Part shown: positions 26,274-40,081 of the stretch, in pieces
Numbering within the stretch: position 1 is the first letter of the stretch
Layout: every line of letters begins with the position of its first letter
Assembly (NCBI RefSeq): GCF_001194135.2
Contig: NC_068994.1
Location: 21,170,475 to 21,234,474 of the forward strand
Reading direction: 5' to 3'
Length of the DNA: 64,000 bases
DNA from: Octopus bimaculoides
Taxonomy: Eukaryota
Position numbers and translations under genes: made by a program
The notes under the pieces: generated by a model
What the model was told of the DNA's origin: nothing
Database searches by the model: none
Seen by the model: only the letters and a program-made list of their open reading frames with translations

Positions 26274-27369
26274 ACTAAAGAAGTATACAAGATTTTTATG
26301 AATGAACACAGAGTGGTGTATAGTAAAAGAATGATTACAAGTAGGTGGTAGGTAAATACCCAAGTAATAATTTATTACAAATAGTAACTTACAATACTGA
26401 AATCACTATTTGATTCCCCTCAAGCAATTTTTGAAATTTGTTTACAATCCCTATCTGAAAGAAAAAAGGAATAGTTTGTACAGCGTGGGGAGCATGTTTT
26501 GGATTGAAAGGGTGAAGATGTGTGAAATTGTTATGGTTGCCATAAAATGTCATTTTAGAGATCCATGTAATAAACTAAAAAATATGGGTTAATGGAGTTT
26601 CAAAGAGCAGCAGTTTACAGAACAAAATACTATTGTTTAGTTCCAAGACAGCCCCGATCAACCAGAACAATGATCATAAGCATTCCAACCCTGATATAAT
26701 TTAAGCAGGATGATTCCTTTTTTAAGACAGTAAAGTGTGATTTTTATGGAGATTTGGATGCTATTTCCAGGAGGTCCAGTGACCACAGAGAGGCTCCCTT
26801 GTTGGTTTGCATGTAATGTTTTGTACAGGGTTTAGAAAGACAATTTAGATGGTAGTAGGGTGTTCTACAATGCAAAGTGTGTAATAGCAGCTGTAGAAGA
26901 GGCTCAGACTAAACACTAAATAATAGGGGGCAACAGGTTGAATAAAGGTTTTCAGTATGGCTTTTGAGAAAGATTATTGAAGACTGAGAAATCTTAGTAT
27001 ACAAAAGTCACTGGATAGTTAGAAATAAACAAAAAAAAAAAAGTAAGTCTTTGGTGTATCTTTGAATTTACAACTTCCCAAGGCACACATTTTTCTTCAT
27101 ACATTATCTATACAATGACCATGTTTCTATTCAATATTTAGAAATACATTATCTATACAATGACCATATTTAGAAATACATTCTTTGAAGAAACCTAGCC
27201 TAATCTTAAAAATCAAATTGTGTGTGTGTGTGTACGTGTGCGCGCGTGTGTGCATGCACACGTATGCTCTTACTCTAGCCCGTTTCTCATTGTTCATTGA
27301 CAGAAACCAGATCTGAAACTGTTTCTAAGAATAACTTGACACTGAAAATCATAAAATATTCCAAATCTT

Positions 27370-27670
27370 TTATCTCTTAGTTGTTTCAGTCATCAGACTG
27401 TGGTCATACTGGGGCACCAACTTTGAAGAATTTTAGTCAAATGAATCAGCCTCAGTACTTATTTTTATTTTAAGTCTGGTACTTATTCGATCAGGGATGT
27501 AAACACACCAATGCCGGTTGACAAGCAGTGGTGGGGGACAAAGACAGCTACACAGAACACACACAGGCACAACAGGCTTCTTTCAGTTTTTGTCTACCAA
27601 ATTCACTCACAAAGCTTTGGTCAGCCCAAGGCTATAGTATAAGTGGAACTGAACCTGGAACCATATGAGT
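27370..27670 (-). mobile_element. SINE family A, diverged
   Basis: Reverse-complement homology to 12745-13134. Confidence 0.7.
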
Positions 27671-27861
27671 TAAACTTTAAAGAGTCTTAACATGGAACTA
27701 TGGTTTGTAAAGTTATGCTGGCTCTTGACTTAAAACTGAGGGTATACATACATGATACATGTAAAACTGAGATGCTGACTGAATTATGTGGTAAGATGTT
27801 TTCTAATTAAAAACATTTTTCAAAATATTTCCCTTACTTAACAGAAGTAATCAAACCAAGT

Positions 27862-29186
27862 CAGTAGCGGGGGTGGGTGCTCTGAAAGTGTAGCTACTAG
27901 AATAAGAATAGCCTGGGCAAAGTTCAGAGAGCTCCTAACTCTGCTGTTAACAAAGGGTCTCTCGCTCAGAGTAAAAGGTAGACTGTATGGCACATGTGTG
28001 CGAACTGCCATGCTACATGGCAGTGAAACATGTGCCGTGACTGCTGAAGACATGCATAAACTTGCAAGGAATGAAGCCAGTATGCTCCGCTGGATATGTA
28101 ATGTCAGTGTGCATACACGACAGAGTGAAAGCGCCCTGAGAGTAAAGTTGGATTTAAGAAGCATCAGATGTGGTGTGCAAGAGAGACGACTGCGCTGGTA
28201 TGGTCATGTGTTGCGAATGAATGAGGATAGCTGTGTGAAAAAGTGACATACCCTAGCAGTTGAGGGAACCTGTGGAAGAGGTAGACCCAGGAAAACTTAG
28301 GATGAGGTGGTGAAGCACGACCTTCAAAAATTGGGCCTTACTGAGGCAATGACTAGTGACTGGGACCTTTGGAGATATGCTGTGCTTGAGAAAACCTGAC
28401 AAGCCAAGTGAGACCATAGCCCATGGTCTATGCCAGTGGGTGTAACCAGCCCATGTGAAGACCTATTGAGACAAGTGAAATCAAAATCAAAATTGCTGAC
28501 GTGGCCAATGATGGTACCGCTTGATTGGCACTCGTGCCAGTGGAATGTTAATAGCACATCCAAATGTGGGGTGTAACCGGCCCACTTATGAGTACCCCTC
28601 ATTCATTGGACAATGAACTTTGCTTGCGAAGACCTAATGAGGCAAGTGCAAACAAATCAAAATCGCTGACATGGCCGATGACAGTACTGCCTGATTGGTG
28701 CCAGTAGAACATTAAAAGCACAACGGATTGGCTCCTGTGCTGGTGACATGTGAAAAGCACCATTCAAGTATGATTGTTGCCAGCATCACCTTACCGGCAT
28801 ATGTACCGGTGGCATGTGAAAAACAACATTCGAGTGTGGTCATTGCCAGTGCTGCCGGACTGGCTCCTGTGCAGGTAGCACATAAAAACACCTTTTGAGC
28901 ATGAGCGTATTCGTTGCCAGAACCGCCTGACTGGCACGTAAAAAGNNNNNNNNNNAAAACACCTTTTGAGCATGAGCGTATTCGTTGCCAGAACCGCCTG
29001 ACTGGCACGTAAAAAGCACCCACTACACTCTTGGAGTGGTTGGCGTTAAGAAGGGCATCCAACTGTAGAAACTTTGCCAGATCAGATTGAATTTGGTGCA
29101 GCCTCTGGCTCACCAGTCCTCAGTCAAACCATCAAACCCATGCCAGCATGGAAAGCGGACGTTAAACAATGATGATGATGATGATG
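27862..29186 (+). mobile_element. RTE LINE 3' fragment: ORF C-terminus, tandem-repeat 3' UTR and (GAT)n tail
   Basis: RIRIAWAKFRELL...VRTAMLHGSET...GVQERRLRWYGHVLRMNEDSCVKK...GRGRPRKT, ending CCAGCATGGAAAGCGGACGTTAAACAATGATGATGATG. Confidence 0.85.
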
Positions 29187-31059
29187 TTGCTTTTTAATAA
29201 TGTAAAATTTTATTTCTATTAACTTGAATTAAAGCATATTCAAAATAACTATATGTACATTTTCTTAATTTTTAATACTTTTCTTTACTATGCTACATTT
29301 TTCAATGTGGAGAAACTATTTCAACTAGATTTGTAACTTACCCATATTTTAAAAATTCATTTGAAATATAATTTCTGACATATTTGTGAGTGAATTTTAA
29401 CTCTATTTTCATCTGATGAAATGTGTTTTCAGCTCCTTTTCCATCACAGTACTTTGTCTTCAAGCATATACTGCCACATATTCATATACATTCTTTAATC
29501 AATTTGTTCAGCTTTAGTAATGTTTTCTCTATTAATTCAAGACACTGTGAAATGTAGTCTTTTTCTTTGTTTCTTCAATGTAAAGACTGAAGAGGATTAC
29601 AACTTCATTCATCAACGTTTAATATCCATTTCCCATACCGGCATGACAGGAGCTAGCCAGGCCAGGGGGCCGCATCAGGTTCCATAGTCTGTTTTGGCTT
29701 GGTTTCTATAGCTGGATGACCTTCCTAATGTCAAGCACCCAACAGAGTGTACTGGGTGCTTTTTACATGGCATCATCATCAGTACATTTTACATGGCACT
29801 ATCAGCAGTGGTTTTTAAGTGGCACCCAGAATTCCTAGAATTCAAACAGAGCCAGATGAAATATCATTGACAACAGCAAGGAGGGTTCTAAAAATGAGTG
29901 AGGAGAAGACCTCCAGAAATCTTGACTTTGAATTCAAGTGGCTATTACTTCCTCTTTTGAGAGTCAAGGCCAGTTTCTAAAAAGCAGTAGGTTTGAACAT
30001 TGATATGTACCATTTGTCTCATATACAGATTGCTCAACAGTGATGGAAATAATCTGCACATAACCCAATATAGGATTAGCTAAAAACAGTTTGTACAGAT
30101 TTAATATTTTCTTTTATTGAAAAACACATTGTTAGTATTATACAGATTTTCTGTAATCAGCAAAAATCAAAGACATGAGAAGATACTTCCTAAGGGGAGA
30201 GAAACTAAAGTAATTTATAATTATTGTGTAATTGAAGTTGTTGTTACTCAAAATAAATAATATTTAGATGATATTATAATAAAGGCCAAGTCAGTAGAGT
30301 GCTGAATTGAATGTTTTATAATCTAATTTATTGTTAAACAATTCTGAGTTCAAATCACATCAACATTGACTATTATCTTGCCAAAGTTTGATAAAATAAG
30401 ATACTGATATGACTTTAGTTGACTATAATTCTTATTATAGCAACTCAAGAGAATAGGTTACTGACACAACTTGATGTGCGACTTGGATTAATTCTGACAA
30501 GCTTTTCTACATTCAAATCAATGTCATTGTTTGTTTAATTTTGCATTAAAGGTTTTAAACAAGCACTCTAATAAAATCGTTTGAAGATGCAAATCTGAAT
30601 CAGTGGTTGGAACATATAGATATGAATACAAACTTTGTTATAGCCAATCTGTTGCATACTTAAGACAAGCTAAGAGCCAAAAGAAATACAAAACATTTCT
30701 TCTGACAAATTATTTTACCAATCCACCACCTTTTGTCAGTTCTATGAGAAACATTATGTAAAATAAAGATGTCTTGCAAACGCTGGACTATTTGAACTAG
30801 CTTTTAAAGGAAAACAAAATATTTAATGTATACTTTTATTCTTTCATTAATTTTAGTACTTTGGAGTGTGGTCATGCTGGGGCACTGATTGAAATGTTTT
30901 TAATCAATTATATCACCACTACTTAGTTTAGTACATATTTTATCTCTGTTTATTTAATAATTCCTCACTGGCACAGAGAGATGTAACTCAGCACCTAAGT
31001 ATACACCATTTTACTAATACACACATAATTTTTACCTTACTTTTCTGACATAGGTTGAA

Positions 31060-31870
31060 CTGGTTTGTCTCAACCCAGCATCTCTTTACTTGTTGCAGTC
31101 ATTCATCATCTTCTTTGTGAGGTCCAGCATCCTACGATCAGACCACATTGCTTCTCCCCACACCTTCTCCTCTTCCATGGGTTCCTTCGACTTGCACTGT
31201 ATGAATTTTTACACCCAACTTTATCACACAAACATATCAGCAAAGTCTTCTCTCCTGAACACAACAGCCAATACTTCTAAAGCCCAGTTTTCTCTAAGCA
31301 GATTTGTTTCCCATCATCCATGTATGCTCATGTTTCATAAGCAGCAGAGCATGCTTGCCTAATATCATTCCAGCTTTTGCACACCCTCCACATTCTGTAA
31401 CCATGCCTTGTTACCATGCAATAGCTCACTATGAACTTAAGCATTATGCAGTCTGTCCCAAAGAAAGAAACTCTTTGTCCCTAAGAAAGGTAATAACTCC
31501 CTGAATTTTTTCAACCCTATCCTTTCTCTGGCTACTATGCTTTCAAAATATCCAATTCCTTTACTGATCAGTTTACTTGATTCACAGAAGCTATCAATTA
31601 TATCTAACAGCCTTCTGAGCAGTTGAAGACTTCACTTCTTTTGCTCTCTTACTGATAAATAAATTGTGCATTTATTGTATGTGAAATCCTTCTGTCATCC
31701 TAACACAGATCCAGCTGAACTTTTTGTATACCCACTGTTGCAGTGGAGACACAGTACTGTGTCCCTAACTTCTCCCATTCTGCATATCAAGCATAGCCAC
31801 TTCTTCATTAGTTGCAGTATTCAGTTTTCTTTTCTGCTAAAACTTCCATCTTCACTAAACTGATTTTAGG
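31060..31870 (-). mobile_element. Decayed RTE LINE fragment
   Basis: Reverse-complement homology to the 27.9-kb RTE ORF end. Confidence 0.65.
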
Positions 31871-34800
31871 TATCCCAATCCTAGACACTGCCTACACATT
31901 TGGAACTTTACTATTTCTTTAACTAATTCACCTATGAGAGAGAATTAGATTGTCTTGAATTTCAATGTTATGGCCAGAAGAACTATAAACAAGAGGGGAG
32001 ATGAGAAATGAACCCTGACGAAACATTGACCTGAACCATAAATTCTTTAGAGCTTGTTGCTAACTCACTTAGTTGAGAGAACACCTATACATGGCTTGCA
32101 TGTCTCACAAGCCATCCTTCTAAAACAGGTTTCTTTGCATTCACAAGAATACAGAGAATGGAACACTATCAGAAGCCTCTTCCAAATCAACAAATACTAA
32201 GTATAATGGTTTGTTTGTGTGACTATTATGCTTTTGATATGGTTTTTACAGCTGGATACTCTTCCTCTTGTCAACTTTGTTACGGTATTGAGTGCATTAC
32301 CATGCAATCAGTTCTGTCAGGACTAAAGTGTTTCCTCTTCACTTTATCAATTTTAATTGAGTACCTGTTCTCTTAGATGGGCTGCCTATACCACAACTTA
32401 CAGAGACTGCATCTCTGTATGATAAGGCCCAAACCGTCTTTTGCATACTGTTGGATTTGTTCAGAATGACCACTATCCAAGACAGGTTACCTTCACTATG
32501 GTTGAGGAGTGGAGGTAGGCTGTCATTTGATGCAACTAAAGCAGTTTCTTTGACATAGGTAAATCATTGTGTAAATGGTGCTACATGGACTGGACTAAAG
32601 GCAGGTGAGCCATGATTTTCATGAACAATGGTTGGTACCAACTTAAAAATGGATGCATTTGTGTATCAGGTTCGGTTAATTACAGTAAAAATATATAGTT
32701 GATAAATAAATGTACAGAGAAAAAATAACAATCTGCTTTATAGGAGTTGCTCATTACATTGCATTTGCTCTTTATGAGTTTAAACAATGTTTAAAGTTGG
32801 CCAACAAAAATATTTTTTAATGACCAGGATAACATACATAGCTCTCTATAGGAATCTATCGTGTGTGTGTGTGTGTGCATATGCACGCACACACTACACA
32901 GACTTCTGCACAGAATTTATTTACAACTTTCACTTACAAAGCATTGGTCAACTCTAGGCTATGATAGAAGTTACTTGCCCAAACTTCCATACAGAGGGAT
33001 TGCAGGTGTGAGCCCCATGAGTCAGAGTAGCTGTTCCAGCACATCTCCCTCACTATCTTCCAGGGCAATGCCTTTCCCATTTTGTCTGCTGGTGCCATGA
33101 AAAATGTTTCTATATTGCGAGTAGCAAGATTCTCCATTAATCCTTCCATTAACTACTCTGCATTTTACAACATCAACTAATATCAATTTCATTTTTAATT
33201 GACTATCATAGCCTTGTGGTTGCAAAAGCAAACTTTTGAAGTATACATGCATTTTTCCTTTTTTGTTTATTGACACAGAAGTTAGTTAAAATGAAAAATG
33301 GAGAAACTAAAACAAAGCAGTATTGCAAACATTTCAAAAGCTGCCATCAGAAAAGAAACAAAATGGATATACAGCTTGTTGCATAAAGAAAACTGTTTAC
33401 AGTTTTTTTCGTTTCAGTTGTGAATGGACTGTAATTTTTATATGTATTTCAAAGTTTAATACTTTTGGTAGTCACCATTCTAGAATGTCCTTGTGCAAAT
33501 ACAAAGATCTTTCTTTTCAACTAGTCTATATGTTCATCATTTCAACTCATGAGATTTTATTAACGTTATTTCTTTAACCACAACAGGGTTTGAAGAGAGG
33601 ACTGTCACATAAAAGCAAATATAACTGATGATGATTATTTTTTTGGCTTTTGATAACAAATACAGAATCTTCTCATATATTCATCTGAATAACACTGTGA
33701 AGCAAACTTTCTCTTTTTTTTTTCTTGTTGTTGTCTTTGGGCAGTAAGTGTTATTTCCTATTTACTTCCATCTAAAAATCAAAGGAAATGACTACTATTC
33801 ACTTCAAACTCTGCTTTTGTGACCTGGACACCAATGTTTTGAAACTGACCTATTTTCCATTACATTCCAGAGATTCAGCACTGAATTGCTGAAGCAGAAA
33901 TATTGTTATAGCAAATATTCTGCTCAATACCACAGATATGGTTGTCAGTTGCTTGAGCTTAACTAGTTGAGCATGTCCCTTAGTGGTTAACAATATGTAC
34001 ATCTCTGATCATGAGCAGGAGTAGTTGGGAAGCATCATAGTCATGTGTTGAGAGGGATTCTCTGGGGTTTGAATAAATATAACAAAAGCAAAGTTTGGAG
34101 GAAATGTTAACTATTTTTCATACTTTCTAAGCATTAGGAAATAACAGTTGCTATCCAAGGACAAAAATCGTGTTACAGTGTTATGTTTCCGATGAATTCA
34201 TGAGCTTGTTGACCTTGACAATTGATCAATACAGTTATATTAGCCAATTAAAGCATACAAATGCTATTGTATTTTTGTAATAGCCTTCGCAACAGAATAT
34301 AAATATTATATACCAAAGTGTTTTGTTGTAATATATTTATGGCCTTGTCCCTGATGCTCTATTCCATTATATTAGCAGAGTATCATATAAACAGATACTG
34401 ATTGATATTAAATAATATATATTACAGTAAAAAAAAAATTAAAGTCAATGGTACTCTCTTAGTTTTAACACCTGATCTCTTGCCAATAGGTATAACTGTT
34501 ACTTCTAAAATGCTTTAGTAGAATACTGAGTTTGCTCGGTAAGCAAAGTGAAGCTATGTCACAAGTATGATTTGAAACTCATATCTAATGATTTCCTAAT
34601 GTTTGTATGTATGCACAAATGGCTTCAATTGTCAGTCAATATGAGATGAATGAGAATATTTAAAAGAACATTTACCTTTTTGGTGCAATTATACAACCTT
34701 AACACAAGCCAATGTTAAATACTAGTCAGCATCAACAGATTTTCGTTTGAAATTTAAAGAAATTTGAAAATACCACAAGATATAAATTATTTCAGACTTT

Positions 34801-35514
34801 TATCTAGAATTGGAGTAAGGTGGTAAATGAGGTGGAATTATTCTATGAGACAAAGGTCACATGTCACATTTCTAAATACTGAATATTAATACTCTTGAGT
34901 ATATAATTGCTAACATACACTATATTATTAGACTACAAGGGGGAAGAGGGATTATATGAATAAAGTACCAACTTCCTGGCTCATAGGTTAGTTTGTATCC
35001 TGATACAATCATTACTTGGTGTTATGTTAAAGCTTCCAGTCTCTCTAAGTATATCAGATCATTCTAGTATAATATTGACGACTGAGACATTTGTGCCATT
35101 ATCAAGAGCATTAACACAAAACTGATTTTTTTTTTACTTTGAGATAATGCCACAAACATTTTCCATATTAGTTTGGCTAAGATGGGTTTTACAAATTTGA
35201 ACATTTTCACATAGATGGAGCAATTGTTTTAACTTGTGAAGTAGACATGGAAACTATTTTCAATGAAGCAGATATAAGTAATTATAGTTGCATGTTTTTC
35301 CAAATGTATACATCACAATGAATGCAGTGAGACAATTATAGTAACGAGCTTTAACTAAATTAATGCCTACAGTTAAGCTTGCATTCTTGACTCATGAGCC
35401 AGAAAGTTAAACATTCCAACGAGTCACAAACTTCAAAATCAGTCGTTTAAATATATGGTTTGTCTTTCTAGTGTTAAGATGATGATAACGATAATGAAGA
35501 TAATGTTTCTTTAC

Positions 35515-35598
35515 CTGCATGTCCACAAAGCCATCATCAGACTTACTTAGCCGCTGGTACCGAGCTGACCCACTTCCATTGAAGAAGCGACGGGACAT
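35515..35598 (-). CDS. TMEM230: TMEM230 coding exon 1 (28 aa)
   Basis: ATG at 35598, MSRRFFNGSGSARYQRLSKSDDGFVDMQ (compare the conserved Y-x-RL...DDG-x-D-x-Q motif), GTAAAG donor, phase 0. Confidence 0.9.
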
Positions 35599-36439
35599 TT
35601 TCCCTAGCTTGGAAATGATGGGTTTTTTAAATGAATTCAATTACTCAATGTTTTGATTATTATTATTATTTTCTCCTTCCCTTCAAAAACAACAGTGTTA
35701 ATATTTCATTCCTGATAATCTGGAAAGAAAAAGATTTATTTAAAAAACTTCTTAGCACTTAGAAAATTAAATCATACATGTGGGAAGAGAAGAATTTTGT
35801 AGGAAATAGAAGCATTTCTACAGCAAATGATTTTAAGCACTTGTTAAAATGTTGGAAAACCACATACACAAAACAACAAGGACAAATGGATGCAAATGGA
35901 AAGAAACTTAAGAAGATAATGTGGTATGAGCTTCATGTTAATTTTCTCAAATGCTTACAAAGAACGGAATGAAAGAAGTTTCTGCTGTGTAACAAACAGA
36001 TGCAAAACAAATTTTATCTGTATTACACAACCTGGATGCTGGGGTTTAGGTTCAGATCAGTCTTAATCAAGGAGATATATGGTCAAAGATGTTAACAGCT
36101 ATTATCATTCTGTCTTTTTATCAGTTGTTGTGTGTATAATATATTCCTTTTTTAAGATAGAACATGATTTCAGGTAAAGTTGAGCAACACATAGAGGCCT
36201 CCATTTATGATTTAAAAAGGAATGTATCTGACATATACTAACATTATTCTAAAGATTAAGCTTTATTTAAAAATTGGAAGAGATCCTCACCACAGCAGAT
36301 TTGGCAAGAACCCACAGATGTAATGTGATAAACTGAAAGTTATTAGATGACTGAGACACAAAACAGGAAAATGTAACCTGGTATTTATTACAACAGTTAA
36401 CTTCTTCTGAACTAATTATTTGAATATTATGAGAAACTT

Positions 36440-37790
36440 TAACAAGTGTGTGGACTACAAACTGTCTGTCAATCTTTTATTTGGTAGAAAATTCCTACCT
36501 AGATTTCATCATAGATCTCTTGAATTCGAAAGTTACATCCTCAAGGATACTGAGGCCATCCAGCTCATGGTACTTGATTGTGATATCACATATGTCAAAG
36601 GAGATGCCACTCCTCATGTTGATGCAATCTCAAGGTTAAATTTTAAACTGAAAGACATTAATCTAGATTACGATGATAAATGAATTCTATATTAGATAGG
36701 AACTGATGATTTGTCATAATCAACTAGCTTTGGAAACACTGCATGAGCCAATAGTGGGCAAAATCATTTCCAGAATAAGAAAAGAATATCTGAAGTAATT
36801 GCTTCAATGCAAAAAGACCCTATAAGCTTATTTAAAATACATTAACTCAGAAAAACTAAATATTATGCAATATCGATCTCATTATTTTACTAGAAGTATC
36901 TAGGAAATAAATCATTAAAGGCATTCATGACAATTTTCATTGTATAAATACTGCTACAATCTTAAATGGCAACCTTTCTAATTCATGGAATATTGAGGAC
37001 CACCTGTCTAAAATGTGCATGGATAAAATATTTTCAAAAGGTTTCATTTGGGGTTCAAGGCGTTTGATCCCTTGATTCATGTACAACCATGTTGAAAGTA
37101 TTAGATTGATGCTTGTCTCAGTGGATTCCATTTCAGGATGGCTAGAGTATTCCTGTCCTTACTAGCAAGAACTCAACCATACAACAAATAATTAAAAGCA
37201 ATTTTATCAGAGAATGGTGTGCCCTATTTCCTAATGTTGAGTAATGCTTCCAAATTTCTTGGTAACTTGTTCTTGGCTACAGAAAATTGGCTGTATTCCT
37301 CACAAAACGTCAAATGGGATTGTGGAACAGACAGCTATATAAAGTGGGTTTACAGGCATTCTCTCACCATGGTAAAAAGAAGTTTAAATCGTTTCACCCC
37401 GACTATTGCTTAATCACTATACAATTTTTTCTAAGTGGACAAGTAGAAAGTTCTGCTTTGTTAGGACAGCAACTCCATGCACCCTATTCCATAGAGCAAA
37501 CTTTGTGATGCAAACTGGAAACAACACGGCTATCATTACAAGGAACAGGGTTGGAATTTTGGTTCATGCAGACCTAAACTCAAGCCACTTAAAACAAGTG
37601 AGAATGATTGTAAACGTTGTGACGATATCCATTTCAATAGCAGTGTGTCTCCTGGTATAAGAAGTAATTGTAGTGGTGACGTGGAACTGGATCGAGCCTG
37701 TAGTGAAGGAATTCTTCAGGGGACACAGACTAACCGGGGTATAAAGCCCCACGTTTCTACATATGAAGATTAATAGTGCTTTAGCAGAGT
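36440..37790 (+). mobile_element. Highly decayed Gypsy-type LTR retrotransposon pol (RNase H end plus integrase)
   Basis: AIQLMVLDCDITYVKGDATPHVDAISRL (post-RNase H motif); integrase-like IIKAILSENGVPYFLMLSNASKF and NGIVEQT-like segments; many stops and frameshifts. Confidence 0.65.
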
Positions 37791-40081
37791 GCAAAACTTT
37801 GATTATAAGAAATTATGAATATTGCTTTTCATACATATATCACTGATATGCTAATAATGCTGCACACTTTTTATATGATTGCACACGATTAGGTATATTT
37901 AAGGTAGCTATTTTCGTAAATTTTATTTTCTTAGTGAAAATCGTGCAGGTGAAAGAATCAAATAATACCGCTATATTTACATAATCAGTTAGACCCGTCA
38001 GCTGAGATTTCTAAATGTAATGGATCCCGTATGAACATGACAATATTTGGATAAATCCTACTATCATAGACACATTATAATGCTTTTGGTCTCCACAATC
38101 AATGGTAATTTACAGTTAAAATCAATAGTATGTGTATTTTCAATGACTACAATAATTCTGATGCAATGTTTTTTGTTCTGTAACTTTAGATCAAATTAAT
38201 TAACTAACAACTGCAATTCATTGAATATTTATTTTTATCTGCAGAAACCACAATTATAGCAAATCCATCAGTTATTAACAAGCATAAAGTATACATAATC
38301 TCTATTATATATGTGTGTGTGTGTGTGTTTAAAATTTTTTACTTCACATAGTGAGAAGACACGTAACTTTGTTATGTTGAAAAAAATTCATCGCAGTCGT
38401 CAGTTACTAAGTTTTGCATTGGTCAACACAATAATTACATATGAATCAGATAGAAAACTTCTGAAACGATTTAATGCATCAAACTAAATACCTTTGAATA
38501 TTTATTTTTATTTCACTTCAAACTTTACAGGAATCAACTTTGTTTCTTATATTTACATCACAAACAACTTGCTTAGTGTTGATGCCAGCGGAGTCAGTTA
38601 GTGTCAATGGCTAGGTTTTCGTTTCGTATCGAGTTACGTTGGATACCGACTGTTCGCTGCTGTCAATCATGGATTCAGCAACAAATAATCAAAGATCCTT
38701 CGGCAGTGACTGTCCTATATTGGCAAAAGTAAAGAACGCACGCCCGGTGTTTACGGTTAGGGTTACGCCGAAAACGGAAAGTGTACGTATACATTACGTC
38801 CTCCCCTACATTTGTATAACTAGGACTAAGACTATATTATCCAATGTTTCTAAGAGTATAATTTAAGGGAATTTAGTCGCTATTTTGAACAGGACGTGCG
38901 ACCGCGTAGTAACTCCCTTGTAACGCGGTGAAAATGCAACGAATGCCACTTCGCCTTTAAACACATTGTGTTGGTGGAGGCATCAACAAGTATTCGATAC
39001 GGGACTTATATGCTACATCTACAAAAAAAAAAAAAATCATTAACAGCACTGCAACGTCACCGAAAACTTTTTTTTCATTCGTCTGTCACATACCTGTCAA
39101 TCAGAGATTTGTTAAGCTTGATAAGGTAAAACTAATTTTCCCTTGTCGGAATAGAGAGGTTTCTTCGCTTCTGGCACACCCTACGAAGAAAAAGTGTTTA
39201 CCTTGTCACTATGTTTACGTTTCTCTTCATCTGGCTTTCTGTGAAATACAAATCAATCTTAAATATTATTGTAAATGTCTATGAGAATTACATATGAGTT
39301 TGGTAAGTATTTGATCAAGTCCAAATAACGAAGTCCCACAGTAAAGTATTTATCCAAATAAAGTTATAGTTGTACAAAATTCTTTACCGGCAGAAGCTTT
39401 ATTCAAGTGAATAACAATGCTATTCACACAGAAACGATAGCCATGTTAAGTGGGACTGGCCACGTGACCATTAGGTTGTGTCACATGATATAGTAAGTAT
39501 GGAAAGCAATAATTATAAATCTGTGTTCTTTTTATTATACAATTGACTTCTGATATTTTTGTTTTCTACTCTTACTGTTTAAGCATTTCACCTTATAACC
39601 GAAACTGACCAAACTGTTAAAGAATGAGGAACGTTTCTATTGGGCCATAAAATCTTGCGAATTTCTCTTTCCATTTGCATTCTTGAATTGACGTAAATAT
39701 GAGAACCAGCACCACGCGCAGAATCTGCTCGCTTGTTGAAAGCCAGGTCTGTTTGTAGAACCCAGTTGCACTGGTTAAAGAAGCTAGCTGCATTTATAGT
39801 AGAATGATAAGGTGCAACTCTCTGATTTTGTATTCAGTATGCATGAACACTGCAGCAAAAATTAACTAAAAGGAAAATTAAGTGTTGGACCATGTATGCA
39901 ACTTGATATACATTTTAAGGATAACAGTTGCGTAAAGAAATGCCAAACAATCTAAATGGACGGAATCTGCTAGGGCGGAAGACCAAGAAAGACATAAGAG
40001 GTCGTGAAGGCTGTACCTCGCAGAGGTGAGAAAGCAACAAGTGGTGCGATGCTATGCTTGAGAAGATCCGTCCCAACCAAG

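Noticed and set aside
27100-27185. Local tandem duplication of ATACATTATCTATACAATGACCAT
   Set aside because: Ordinary slippage duplication in an AT-rich intron.
28880-29010. ~60-bp direct repeat either side of a small N-gap
   Set aside because: Identical sequence flanking a gap is most likely an unmerged contig overlap, so tandem copy number is not trustworthy.
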